A stretch of 64,000 bases of DNA, taken from assembly GCF_964355755.1 (NCBI RefSeq), contig NC_092671.1, forward strand, positions 2,480,001 through 2,544,000. Reading direction: 5' to 3'. This document shows, piece by piece, positions 54,501 through 62,873 of this stretch. Each line of letters starts with the position of its first letter. Within the stretch, counting starts at the first letter, position 1. The notes beneath the pieces are model-generated. The model made no database searches. It saw only the letters and a list, made by a program, of their open reading frames with translations, and was not told where the DNA came from. The position numbers and the translations under genes were made by a program. The DNA comes from Antedon mediterranea (taxonomy: Eukaryota; Animalia; Echinodermata).

Positions 54501-57190
54501 AGAAATAGTAATTTAAGATTCAGGAAATGTTATTTGTCCAATTAAAATGGAAATTCACTTTGCTTGACATAAAACAATAAAAGTAAAATGAAAAATGACT
54601 TGACTTTCAAATTCAAAGTATTTAAAATAGTTATTTTATGCTATTGCGCCCTCTATAGTTAGTTTAAGTAGTTTATAGTGTTAACCGGGGGAATCTGAAT
54701 ATTTATACTGTAGATACACAGCAGTACATGTAATGTAACTTGAATTATTTAAATCAATAGTTGCATGCTACTATAGTTTCTATGGTAACTATAAACATGA
54801 ATTTATACTGTAAATAGACATGTAACTAGAATCAATAATATGTTGAATATACTAATATAGTTTCTATGGTAATTATGAGTCTATAAACATTTATTTGTAA
54901 TGATTTAATTATTTTAGAAAGTTATGACCATCACCATCATCATAATATAAGAGTTAGATGCTGGCTGGAAATTTGAGGTAATCCTATTGAAGAATCACAA
55001 ATTATTTGTTATAGCAATTTCTGGGCTTGAGATTGATTCCTGCTTGGATGCAAGGTAAGGGCATACGCGCAAGTTGACCAATCAATAGTTTTTGTTTCTT
55101 TTTTCCTTTTTTCTCTTCGCATCCAACAGTGAGTAACTCATCAATTAAAGGATAGATAAAGTTTATAAACTCATTTGAGTGGAGTTGAAAGCAGTGGCGT
55201 ATCCAGGATTTCGAAGTTGGGGGGCCGGGAATTGCCAATTTGCCGACAAAATTGGTGTCATTATCTGTACATACACCTGATCAATACATGTTCTAGGATT
55301 GCATAGTCATATTGTCTTATATGGGATAACGTTGCAAAATTAAAACCAAACCAACATTATCTGTTAGTATGTTGTATTCATATTACAATAAAGAAAGAAT
55401 TAGGAAAATCTGACTTGTAGTTTTCGAAATATAGGGTCTAAAACATCGCCGAAAGTGATCGCTTTTAGCCACGAAAGAAGTAAAACAATTTGCGGCCTCA
55501 GTCGACAATTCTATTAACTACGCCATTTTTGGTTAAAATAATTACATATAATTACGTTTTTTAGTAATTTATTTTATATATCACCATTGGAAATATCAAT
55601 AAAACATGTTATTAAATGCTTATAAAATATATAAAGTTGTTTACTTAACGGAATTCGGGCAAATTCATTGCTCTAACTTTGTGTAGTAACGATCAGAGAG
55701 ATTCATGGTACACGCGCGACAGAAAACATTCCGCTGCGGGTGATTCGCATCCACCAATCAAATCAGCCAGAATCCAAAATCATTCAACCGTGAGCAATGC
55801 CAATCGCGAGAAAGCTCAGCTTTGATTGGCTTACGATGACATCATATCACAAAATGATGGTTTTGTTCCAAAAATGAAATACTTGGATATTTTTTATGGT
55901 ATGAGTGCTTTTTCTTAAAAAATTTTGAATAATAAAGGCCTCATATCGAGAAAAAACGGGTTTTTGGCACTTATAATAAATATATCTAAGACAAAAAAGC
56001 ACATGGCATGTGGAACTATATAATCTTAGCGTAGGAAGACATACAAATCCCAGGTCATGAGAGGCTCAACTGCAAAAACAAGGTTGAAAATAGGGTAAGG
56101 TCAAAGACTTTTGAGTAAAGCGTGGTTCCCACTTGCGACGCAACGCAAGGACGTAACGCAACGCAAGTGAATTGACCAATCACAAGCGATGGCTTATTCC
56201 CTTGTGATTGCTAACCGTCTATATCTATAACTTCGCTTTTCATTGGCGTTTACGTCCTTGCGTTACGTTCTAGTGGGAACCACGCTTAAACAATCTACCG
56301 CGTACGGCCGTACGTACGTGCTAGGTAGTACGATATTTTGACCACATTTTTTACTTGTTTCGCTAGATGTAATGAAAATAAAATAGTTGATCTGAAGCGA
56401 TCAATGATATGATATGTAAATAAACAAACACTCAAAATAATTATGTTTACAGTTCAATTAGTGAGAATAATACAGTAGTTTATTTTTTTCCCCGGCACCT
56501 TTGTTTGCCGACGGATGCGATGATGTGCCGACGGACACGAAATCAGGGGGGCCCGGGCCCCCCGGCCCCCACTGGATACGCCACTGGTTGAAAGAGTTGT
56601 TAAACCATGAAACTTGGACATGATTGAAACCTAGACATGATTGGGATTGGAAGGCAAAAATGTTAACCACCAAGCTACCTCCACTCCCGTTCGAATGATA
56701 CATCCCTTGATAGGTAAATGTACTTGTGCTTACGTCCTTGTGTTCTAGTGTTCTAGTGGAAACCAAGCTTTATGATAGAAAACTTTTATAGGTTTAACAT
56801 CAAAATAATAAAGAAATGTTAGACAATAATTTCTCTCTTCATACAACCAATGTCACTCTCATCACCTAATTCAATTCAACACATTTATTTTTATTACATA
56901 TTTAATTTCAAAAGTTTAAATTTCAATAAAAATTTTTATTTTCTTTGAATATTTATCTCTTAAATAAGTTAGTATTTTTCTTGATGTCATAACAGAAAAT
57001 TATATAGAATACAGTACTAAAAATTTGAATGTAATTTATTCAGCAATTAAGTTCTGAAATGGAGGCCATTTTTTATTCCATCTTGAAATTTAAGGATGAC
57101 TACAGTAATTCTGTAATGGCAACGATGCAAGAAATATAAAGTAATATATTACCTTAAATTCACACTTGTTATGACACGCATACTTGCAAA
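354..57190 (-). CDS. TNS: Tensin (C1 partial - PTEN-like PTP - C2 - low-complexity middle - SH2 - PTB); 27 coding exons in window, 5' end outside window
   Basis: Exons join in phase through GT-AG introns into one 7421-nt frame. Tensin hallmark motifs present: [96 protein letters not shown]. Confidence 0.96.
709..777 (-). CDS. TNS: Tensin PTB exon
   Basis: [22 protein letters not shown]; cag/gtgggt; phase 2-2. Confidence 0.95.
1145..1313 (-). CDS. TNS: Tensin PTB exon
   Basis: [16 protein letters not shown]...[17 protein letters not shown]; cag/gtgagt; phase 1-2. Confidence 0.95.
1352..1565. repeat. (TGAATAA/TGAATATAA)n microsatellite
   Basis: Directly visible. Confidence 0.9.
1747..1815 (-). 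CDS. TNS: Tensin SH2-PTB linker exon
   Basis: [22 protein letters not shown] (compare LLKQGAAC of vertebrate tensins); tag/gtatgt; phase 1-1. Confidence 0.9.
2147..2689. mobile_element. Non-autonomous DNA transposon with TTAA TSD (Kolobok-like)
   Basis: TTAA|AGATGTATTGTCCCTT ... AAGGGACAATACATCT|TTAA; a solo matching end occurs at about 7183-7200. Confidence 0.8.
3143..3411. mobile_element. Palindromic MITE with TTA TSD (PIF/Harbinger-like); partial second copy at about 22061-22182
   Basis: TIRs AGTTCTGTCTACACTA / TAGTGTGGACAGAGCT; internal duplicated hairpin unit. Confidence 0.7.
3438..3611 (-). CDS. TNS: Tensin SH2 exon (C-half)
   Basis: [41 protein letters not shown]...[10 protein letters not shown]; tag/gtaaga. 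Confidence 0.96.
3917..4045 (-). CDS. TNS: Tensin SH2 exon
   Basis: [42 protein letters not shown]; the FLVR-type Arg is intact; cag/gtgagt. Confidence 0.96.
4405..4482 (-). CDS. TNS: Tensin SH2 N-terminal exon
   Basis: [25 protein letters not shown]; tag/gtgagt. Confidence 0.95.
5559..5872 (+). mobile_element. tRNA-derived SINE (central domain resembles Deu/Nin-type SINEs)
   Basis: A box TGGCCGAGCGG, B box GGTTCGAGGC, core CGGATAAGGACTATAAACCG...GAGTAGGGGGTTACCCCGGTG, (AAAC)n tail. Family assignment is from memory. Confidence 0.8.
7345..7457 (-). CDS. TNS: Tensin Ser-rich pre-SH2 exon
   Basis: [37 protein letters not shown]; phase 2-1 fits both neighbours; cag/gtaact. Confidence 0.85.
8704..10384 (-). 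CDS. TNS: Tensin large low-complexity exon (1681 nt) containing the [10 protein letters not shown] repeat
   Basis: Open frame of 559 codons; tttcag acceptor and AG/gtaagt donor; phase 1-2. Confidence 0.85.
9786..10055 (-). repeat. Coding 30-bp tandem repeat, 9 x GTPLVGTPQ(H/Q)
   Basis: Direct 30-nt periodicity inside exon 8704-10384. Confidence 0.95.
10496..11971 (+). mobile_element. Non-autonomous Helentron/HINE (DINE-1-like architecture)
   Basis: 13-bp subTIR AGGTTATATGCAT (10501) with a local inverted copy (10518), (TTTA)n microsatellite, 3' subTIR (11926), hairpin AATTCGTCA-tag-TGACGAATT, then CTAGTT. Confidence 0.8.
13838..14046 (+). mobile_element. L2-type LINE 3' end fragment
   Basis: Decayed ...LPASIRS...[10 protein letters not shown]; CGCGCC...GGCGCG 3' stem; (TAT)n tail. 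Confidence 0.75.
15812..16013 (-). CDS. TNS: Tensin exon (PETPGFP..PTTPY motif); alternative in-frame acceptor possible at 16031
   Basis: [17 protein letters not shown]...[20 protein letters not shown]...GGAPQ; ttctttcag/gtaagt. Confidence 0.88.
16168..16346 (-). CDS. TNS: Tensin middle-region exon
   Basis: [30 protein letters not shown]...PGGQPHT; ttccccag/gtaggc; phase 1-0. Confidence 0.85.
16657..17918 (-). CDS. TNS: Tensin large exon (1262 nt) with (PDNPA)5
   Basis: Open frame of 420 codons; tgcag/gtaagg; phase 2-1. Confidence 0.85.
17462..17542 (-). repeat. Coding 15-bp tandem repeat (PDNPA)5
   Basis: TCTGGGGCTGGATTA periodicity. Confidence 0.95.
19314..20821 (-). CDS. TNS: Tensin large exon (1508 nt)
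   Basis: TPDASNF...[16 protein letters not shown]...RMHQIE; ttacag/gtaagt; phase 0-2. Confidence 0.88.
20983..21131. repeat. 25-bp palindrome-rich tandem repeat
   Basis: GCTAGTACTGTGCTAGTAGTACTTG units. Confidence 0.9.
21161..21513 (-). CDS. TNS: Tensin post-C2 exon
   Basis: Contains [10 protein letters not shown] and [16 protein letters not shown] (LD-like motif); cag/gtaagc. Confidence 0.92.
21781..21954 (-). CDS. TNS: Tensin C2 C-terminal exon
   Basis: [14 protein letters not shown]...[13 protein letters not shown]; cag/gtaaga. Confidence 0.95.
22507..22636 (-). CDS. TNS: Tensin C2 exon
   Basis: [23 protein letters not shown]...[11 protein letters not shown]; tag/gtatgg. Confidence 0.96.
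23166..23238 (-). CDS. TNS: Tensin C2 exon
   Basis: [24 protein letters not shown]; cag/gtatga. Confidence 0.94.
23789..23849 (-). CDS. TNS: Tensin C2 exon
   Basis: [19 protein letters not shown]; cag/gtaagt. Confidence 0.95.
24002..24198 (-). CDS. TNS: Tensin PTP/C2 junction exon
   Basis: [13 protein letters not shown]...[16 protein letters not shown]...GVPNFDTEG; cag/gtaggt. Confidence 0.96.
24319..24383 (-). CDS. TNS: Tensin PTP exon (second half of P-loop)
   Basis: [21 protein letters not shown]; tag/gtaaat; phase 0-2. Confidence 0.94.
24777..24899 (-). CDS. TNS: Tensin PTP exon (WPD loop, HCK)
   Basis: [41 protein letters not shown]; cag/gttcgt. Confidence 0.96.
25175..25323 (-). CDS. 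TNS: Tensin PTP exon
   Basis: [49 protein letters not shown]; tag/gtgaga. Confidence 0.95.
27058..27125 (-). CDS. TNS: Tensin exon at the PTP domain start (internal ATG: [10 protein letters not shown])
   Basis: [22 protein letters not shown]; ttacag/gtaagt; phase 2-1. Confidence 0.95.
28320..29245. repeat. 41-bp minisatellite (33- and 40-bp variants) built from the tensin exon 3' end plus 5' splice site
   Basis: Unit CTGGGAGGGGTGATAGGTTGATATGTACTCTAGTATCTTAC; 18 CTTACCTGGGA copies from 28543 to 29233; about 6 degenerate ~33-bp units at 28320-28540. Confidence 0.95.
29228..29304 (-). CDS. TNS: Tensin C1-PTP linker exon whose 3' end and donor seed the adjacent minisatellite
   Basis: Strong ttttattcttttag acceptor; [25 protein letters not shown] + AG/gtaaga. 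Phase 0-2 is exactly what is needed to bridge 31277 to 27125. Confidence 0.8.
29791..30051. mobile_element. Old MITE family (AGTGAAACCTCTATTAAGGGGACA / GTGTCCCYTAATAGAGG motifs)
   Basis: Related degenerate copies at about 4580-4750, 6250-6350, 13625-13770, 36080-36200 and 63010-63175; superfamily uncertain (Tc1/mariner-like). Confidence 0.5.
30199..30386. mobile_element. Palindromic MITE-like repeat; second copy at about 37290-37490
   Basis: Nested inverted repeats (CAGGACACTGAGCT/AGCTCAGCATTCTG; TGGCTGCGACA/TGTCGCAGCCA) shared by both loci. Confidence 0.6.
31277..31318 (-). CDS. TNS: Tensin C1-PTP linker micro-exon (42 nt)
   Basis: Pyrimidine-rich ...tgtttgcag acceptor, gtaagt donor; [14 protein letters not shown]; phase 0-0. 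Confidence 0.75.
34205..34452 (-). mobile_element. Diverged copy of the same SINE family
   Basis: Reverse-complement match to the 5559-5780 core (ggtaaccccctactcgtctcg, tttatagtccttatccgagaagact). Confidence 0.75.
39977..40362 (-). mobile_element. L2-type LINE, 5'-truncated (ORF2 C-terminus plus 3' UTR)
   Basis: LHWLP...[21 protein letters not shown]...LRS...GDRTF.VAGP.LWN.LP...[10 protein letters not shown]; AGCGCCAT...ATGGCGCT stem; (ATTG)n tail. Confidence 0.9.
42175..42424 (+). mobile_element. tRNA-derived SINE with 12-bp TSD and (CCTTTA)n tail
   Basis: TSD TACAATAATCAT at 42163-42174 and 42425-42436; A box TAGCCGAGTGG; B box GGTTCAATTCC. Confidence 0.88.
42520..42695. repeat. 18-bp degenerate tandem repeat abutting the donor of exon 42701-42739
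   Basis: AAAGATTGAAAATGGAAC units. Confidence 0.85.
42701..42739 (-). CDS. TNS: Tensin micro-exon ending the C1 domain (39 nt)
   Basis: [13 protein letters not shown] (resembles the VAxPCVPPSNHEL segment of vertebrate TNS1, recalled from memory); ttgtag/gtaagt. Confidence 0.85.
43850..44618. repeat. 35-bp G-rich minisatellite, 22 near-identical copies
   Basis: Unit GGGGGTGGGGTTATACTCACACATGGGACTATACA; I see one G deletion and one substitution. Confidence 0.97.
49761..50680. mobile_element. Non-autonomous DNA transposon with 3-bp TSD (PIF/Harbinger-like)
   Basis: TAT|GGGCCTGTTTCTGCTGA ... TCAGCAGAAACAGACCC|TAT; many subterminal AAYCGATT motifs. Confidence 0.85.
51232..51348. repeat. Three ~35-40-bp tandem units
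   Basis: CTGATRAAAGAAGAAGCACTGAGATTTGTAAGTTCT repeated. Confidence 0.75.
55192..56586. mobile_element. Non-autonomous hAT-like element
   Basis: Perfect 15-bp TIR CAGTGGCGTATCCAG; 8-bp TSD GTTGAAAG at 55184-55191 and 56587-56594. Confidence 0.9.
56119..56286. mobile_element. Harbinger-like MITE nested in the hAT-like element
   Basis: TAA|AGCGTGGTTCCCACT ... AGTGGGAACCACGCT|TAA. Confidence 0.85.
57153..57190 (-). CDS. TNS: Tensin C1 zinc-finger micro-exon (38 nt)
   Basis: [12 protein letters not shown] matches the C-x4-H-x2-C portion of C1; ttcttccag/gtaata; phase 1-0. Confidence 0.88.
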
Positions 57191-57756
57191 CTGGAAGAAA
57201 AAATAAAACCATTGTTAACTTAATTGAATTTAAATTACTTCAACATTTCAAACAGGACAAACAGACAAAAAAAAAACTAAATGACAAAAGGTAATGACAA
57301 AAGAATATATATATATTAAATTAACAGTATTTTAACTGATACTCAAGAATCTCGTAGAATTTTCATTCAATGAAATAAGTACTTATTACATTTGCGTAGT
57401 ATTGTATAAATAATCTGGCCTATTTGAAAAAAAATGTTCTAAAAAGGAACTATCTATGGCAAACCATGAGTAAATTAATGTGTATTCATTTGTACGTTCA
57501 GTGTAATATCAGTGGCATATCCCAATACAAGGAGCAATGGTAGAATATTGATATGTATACATCATGTCTATACGTAAACCATAACCTGTAAAAAGTCTGT
57601 ACCTTCACTCTGATGATTTACCAATAAGACATAATCAATTGTAATAATATTCTGCAATATCAGAATAACTGCTCACTCAAACACTATACATACACATTGA
57701 TTATATGATAACATTAACATTTGTATAGCACAAATGTCTATAATAAACATAATCAG

Positions 57757-57853
57757 TCCTGAGGACGATCAAAGCATATTGATCGAGATGTCGAGAAACT
57801 CAACAGTTCTTTTCACAACTAACATACGTGGTGTATCGCAAACTTATATCAAC
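57757..57853 (+). mobile_element. 97-bp insert with decayed hammerhead motif and 12-bp flanking direct repeat
   Basis: AAACATAATCAG at 57745-57756 and 57854-57865; the insert begins tcCTGAGGA-CGATCAA-agcata-TTGATCG-AGATGTC. Confidence 0.5.
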
Positions 57854-58009
57854 AAACATAATCAGCAAAGCTAATATACCAATTTATAACATTTATCAAA
57901 ATAAAATGCCTTTCAATTTCAACTGGTAAATTGATGGTAATATTCCCTTGTCATTGGGCAGATTTTTCCATATTTTATATAAATATTATGGTACAATATA
58001 GTAAAACTA

Positions 58010-58345
58010 TTGTTTTTTCATTTATTTCTTCAACATCAAAAATGTCGTGGGATCTCAAAAGCAACAGTCACCATAACCTATAGGGCCCCAAAAGAACTTA
58101 ACTACATAGAATTATTTATCAAAATACAAAATACATTTAAACATATATAAAAGGATAATGAAAATTGATTCTGATATGATCAGTGACACTATTACGACAA
58201 TTGATATACAGACATCGAAAAACTAACAAGAATAAAAAAACTTCACGTCGGTCCTTAAGGGACAACCAATTTAGTTTCTTCAGCCGCTCCTTGTACGGAA
58301 TAACTCCCAATCCAACTCCATCCAATATACGCTTAGTGGCACGCC
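58010..58345 (-). mobile_element. CR1/L2-group LINE ORF2 C-terminal fragment
   Basis: PYKERLKKLNWLSLKDRR...LVFRCL motif; boundaries approximate. Confidence 0.65.
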
Positions 58346-59059
58346 GCTGGATTTGTCAATCAGTGCTTCGCTTAAACTGGTCTCCATGCTGGTGGGCCAT
58401 ACTCAATGATGGGTAATACCATGGTTTTATAAAGACAGGACATTGCCTCAGGAGAACTGTCATCAGCATGGGAACCAACACCAACCTTTGTATATCTGTT
58501 GATTAAACAGTTTTCTGACATCTTCTGATGTGTTATTAATATATGGTACTTACAGTATAAGGCCTCCTACTAAAAAGATCAGAGCCTTGTACATACATCA
58601 TAAAATGATACATCTTAAAATTTCAAGAATTAAAACATACGGAAAAAATAATTAAGGTTAAAATTTTGCAGTATATAAATAAAACGATCATTACTAGAAT
58701 AAAAATTACTTAGTCTTTTTGATAACAAGACGTCACAGTAAAAAAAAAAACTGACGTGCAATCTGTATTTGCACATTATCTGAGCTGTTTTCAATTCTAA
58801 AATGATGTTTTTCACAATGTTTATTTGTATACCAATTGAAACCAAAACAATTACTTTGCAAATATTATTTTCGGTAAATGTTATCAACTCTTATAAGTTT
58901 TATGGGACAGGTTGTGCGATAATATTCAAGTAAACATTTTAATTATATTGATATATTTGGCTTTCACAGAATCTAATGTATTATTTTGCTGATAACACAC
59001 TTCTGCAAATAAAACAATCTATATGCTCAGCTAAAAAAAACTCTTTTACCCTATATAAT

Positions 59060-60830
59060 TTGCTGTAAATGTTATTAGGTTTTTGTGTGACAGGTTGTGA
59101 TAATATACAGGTAAGCCTCTCAGGTAACATTTTAATTATATCAATATTATTTGACTTTCAAATAATTTAATGTTGTATCTTTAATTTTTTTTGTTGAAAT
59201 TTAAGGGGAAGAGGGGTGGAGGGGTCGGAGGGGCATGCACCAGTCCACTAATTGGATCTGACTATGAATTTCAAATAAGTTCCTTTTCTTAAAATTTATA
59301 TGTTTTGGGAAAACATTAAGAATTCATTTTTTTTGTTGCAATTAAAAGTAAACTTAGTTTGGCATATAGTCCTTCTTATAAATTAATAATTAATTAGAAA
59401 CTGTAATCATTAGGCAACTTCTGTAAATAAAATTAATTTTGACAAAAAATGTAAAGTCTTGCAAATTGTATTTGGTTTTTTATTTTTACAAATTGTGTTT
59501 TTGACAACATAATGTTTATTTAACACTCATATCAGAACCCAATCACAAACCCATTGTACCAGACAATAACCATTGAATAATAATGAAATCTATAATCTAC
59601 TATGGTCATCAACGTTATCATTGATACAAGTGTTTGTGTGACAGAAGGTCGTGGGATAATATTAAGGTAACATTTCAATTATATAGTTATAATTTGGTTT
59701 TCACAGAAGATTTTCAGAATGAATTTAAATAAAACTAGAATTTAATTAAGTCACTTTGATGAATTATACTGTAGGTGATCCTTGTGATGGAAGATAATTT
59801 TACTAGCATTTACTAGCATTTAATTTTGTTTAATGCAACATGCACGCACATTATTACCCAATGTAATGTGTTACAGTATATATTGTACGCACCAGTGTAG
59901 AGGTGAAATTTAAATAAAATACGGTAAACAATTCCGGTTTTGGGAAAGTATAAGTAAGGTAAAATGATTAAATTTCCAGGAATATACCCATATTTTCTAC
60001 ACTTTCTCAAGCCCATCCTCAAGCACCAAATTTTGCATCTTTAGTCGTCCAGTAGGTAACGTAACGCATAACATTGGTTAGATATCAAAATTGTGTGTGT
60101 ACCTTGAGCTGTAACGAACGAAAGATCACTGTCGTAAGAGGTGGCTTCCACTACTCTTTTTCTGGTTCAGACCTATGGAGTTGTACAATACAAAAGTATA
60201 ACTCCGCAGCTTCAACACGACCACAATGCTGTTTTTGCTATTTTCCCCTAACTCTGTGCTGTAAATGTGACAGGTTGCGATAATATCCAGGTTAGCCTAT
60301 CTTGTAACATTTTGTTATATCGATATCATTTGCCTTTCAAATAATCTAATTTTTTATCGTTTGTATTGTTTTTGCTGAAATTTAGAGGGGTTAGAGGGGC
60401 ATGCAGCAATCCACTAATTGGATCTGAATTTCAAATAGGGTCTTTTTCTTAAATGTATGTTTTTGGAAAACATAGGGGAGTAATTCTTTTTTTCAATAGG
60501 CTTAAAAGCAAACTTAGTTTCCTTTCTTATAAATAATAATAAAATAAAATCTTTAATCATTAGGCTACATCTGCAAATAAAATAAAATTGATTTTAATTA
60601 AAGTCATGGAAGGCTTGCAAATTGTAAATGGTTTTTGCATTTAGTTATACAAATTCTATTATTGACAACATAATGTTTATTTTACACTCATATCACAACT
60701 CGATCACAAACCCATTGTACCATACAACTTAACAATAACCCTGTCAACTAATAATACAATCTATAATCTGCGACGATCTTTCATTTATACATTATGTATT
60801 TTTGTGACAGACGGTCGTGGTCGTGAGATA
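59060..60830. repeat. Diverged local duplication (about 59060-59670 vs about 60255-60830)
   Basis: Shared blocks GGGGCATGCA..TCCACTAATTGGATCTGA, AAACTTAGTTT, GACAACATAATGTTTATTT, ATCACAAACCCATTGTACCA. Confidence 0.85.
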
Positions 60831-61272
60831 ACTTCCTGATTGATTGATCAAAATGGTACTGGGTTTGGTCTACTAGCGTTCCTGCTCCCAACTCATCACC
60901 CATTCATAGAAGCCTTGATGAAGTAAGCCTACCTGGTGGTGACTATAGAATGGTATATACTTCGGCTTTAGAAAATATTGATTTCTAGATGATAGTTTAA
61001 AATGTATAGTACAAATCTTCACTGTAGCTGTTATTAAATGTGTATAATTAAGTTAAGATATGTTAGAAATATTGATATTTCATCATCAGTCAAATTTAAT
61101 TAGATTGGATAATTATTACGATCAATACCAGTTCTTTGATATCTTTCACAGTTCACAGTATCTCGATGAGATTGGATGATTATATGTAATACTAGCTCTT
61201 TTTATTCTCTTATTTGTTGTTCACAGTGTTTGGGACTGAGCATATAGTAGATCTCAAGGTACATACAACATC

Positions 61273-61330
61273 ATGAAGATTTTCAGTGGAAAATCTGTTT
61301 TTATGTGTTTCTGTTTCATACTGGTATCAG
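61273..61330 (+). CDS. Nested gene exon: signal peptide (exon acceptor probably at 61227)
   Basis: ATG at 61273; MKIFSGKSVFMCFCFILVS then G/gtaggt (phase 1); upstream ttgttcacag acceptor. Confidence 0.7.
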
Positions 61331-61350
61331 GTAGGTTTTTTACACTTTAC

Positions 61351-61858
61351 ATTCATTCATTCATTCATCTTTTATTTTGGAAAAAAAAAATTCTCCATAG
61401 TTCAGTAACAAATTAGTGTACATTATTGCAAATATAACAAATACATATAAATATATATGTAGATATATATAAAAAAAACCTATGCTACATAGTCACAGTT
61501 AGAACAATAGATTCATCCATCTACTATGTAGAATGGATGAAGGAAAAGCAAATTCATGAATACATTTTATGACAAAATTGTCTGACCTCCCTAACCTGCA
61601 CAACATGCCAAACACCACCTTACGTTGTAGTTCGTAGAACGAGCAGATGTGGTTTTCTACAAACATGGTGCTGGCACTGCATGACCTAGGTTTATTAAGG
61701 AGCAGGCGTAAGGCTTAGTGCTTCCATAGATTTTACATTAAAATTTGCCCACAAAGAAGCACAGTATAAGTTACTACAATATGTTTTAAACAAAAAACAC
61801 TTTATGTTTTTAGAGCATTTTGAGAAAGTTCTACATAGTGTATTAGCTCTAACTTTAC
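61351..61858 (-). mobile_element. 508-bp segment with 7-bp flanking repeat and (GAAT)n tail; probable retroelement 3' end
   Basis: ACTTTAC at 61344-61350 and 61852-61858; the segment is absent from the duplicate copy at about 63456-63462. Confidence 0.55.
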
Positions 61859-62137
61859 TGGCCAAGTAAGAAGTTTTTAAAAAGTTATGATTATATTAGG
61901 CCAGGAACACTGTACACTTATAATTGAAAAATTGGAAATCTGCTCAGGATAGATACAGATTTTACGTGGGACAAGTTATGCACTCGCCTATGTAAATTGA
62001 CAATAAGGAAAACGTACATGGTATACATTTTTTAATACACTAACCGTTTAAATGAAACAATTAAATAATATGATTTTCAATATTTATCCAAGCAGATTAA
62101 GGTCTACATGCCTTTAAATATATATATATATATATAT

Positions 62138-62302
62138 CCAATCTGCAGACAGTACTGTTTCGATCTTATTAGATCTCGTCAGTGCAGCTCAGGTTTCGAA
62201 ATGAAATGTACCGCAGAACTGGCACAATATATAGGCTGAGCCAGGTATGCGGGACATGGTACACTGATTATGAACACAAAGAGTGCACAAGCTCAACGAG
62301 CG
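62138..62302 (-). mobile_element. 165-bp hammerhead-bearing insert (retrozyme-like or Penelope-like fragment) in a (TA)n tract
   Basis: Absent from the duplicate copy at about 63728-63755, which shows only the (TA)n empty site. Confidence 0.65.
62143..62187 (-). ncRNA. Minimal type I hammerhead ribozyme
   Basis: Minus strand reads CTGCA-CTGACGA-GATCT-AATA-AGATC-GAAA-CAGTACTG-TC-TGCAG. Stem I 5 bp, CUGANGA core, stem II 5 bp, GAAA, palindromic stem III, GUC cleavage triplet. Confidence 0.9.
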
Positions 62303-62603
62303 TATATACAAATTAGGCATAGGAAAATCAAAATTGCACAGTAATACTAAAAATTAATGTTTATAAATATTGTTGAGAAACTAGAAAACTTATAGTGTGT
62401 TGGTATATATTACATAGGCTAATTTGCCTCTTGTGACCCAAAGTCGGCTATGCTTTGAAGCCCAGAATGGTACAAAACATTTTTGAAAATGAGAAAAAGG
62501 CGTCCTAATCGAGATTCAAACCAAGAACCCTCTGCAAACTTTTCTGAGTAACTAAACTTAAATTAACTAACTATAATTATTGTATATTATATCCCTACTG
62601 TAG

Positions 62604-62873
62604 GAAAGAAACTAGATATAACTATTGAAGGAGATAAGATATATAAGGTTGGGCAAGAATTGGAGTTAAAATGTCTTGGAAATGAGACAATGGATGCCAC
62701 CTTTAAATGGATTATAGAGCCTGATGACGATTTCAAATGTGTGCAAGAAAAAGGACCAAAGTTGACTGCAAAAATACCATCTATTTGCCAAGTAAACATC
62801 ACTTGTCTGGTTGAGGAGAACGGAAATTCTGGTTCTGAAACAATCCCACTGACCATTGAGGAGCCATGTTACA
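62604..62873 (+). CDS. Nested gene exon: Ig-like domain
   Basis: KKLDITIEGDKIYKVGQELELKC...FKW...VNITCLVEENGNSGSETIPLTIEEPCY. Shows B-strand Cys, C-strand Trp and F-strand Cys; two N-x-T sequons; symmetric phase 1-1 270-nt exon typical of Ig modules. Confidence 0.75.
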
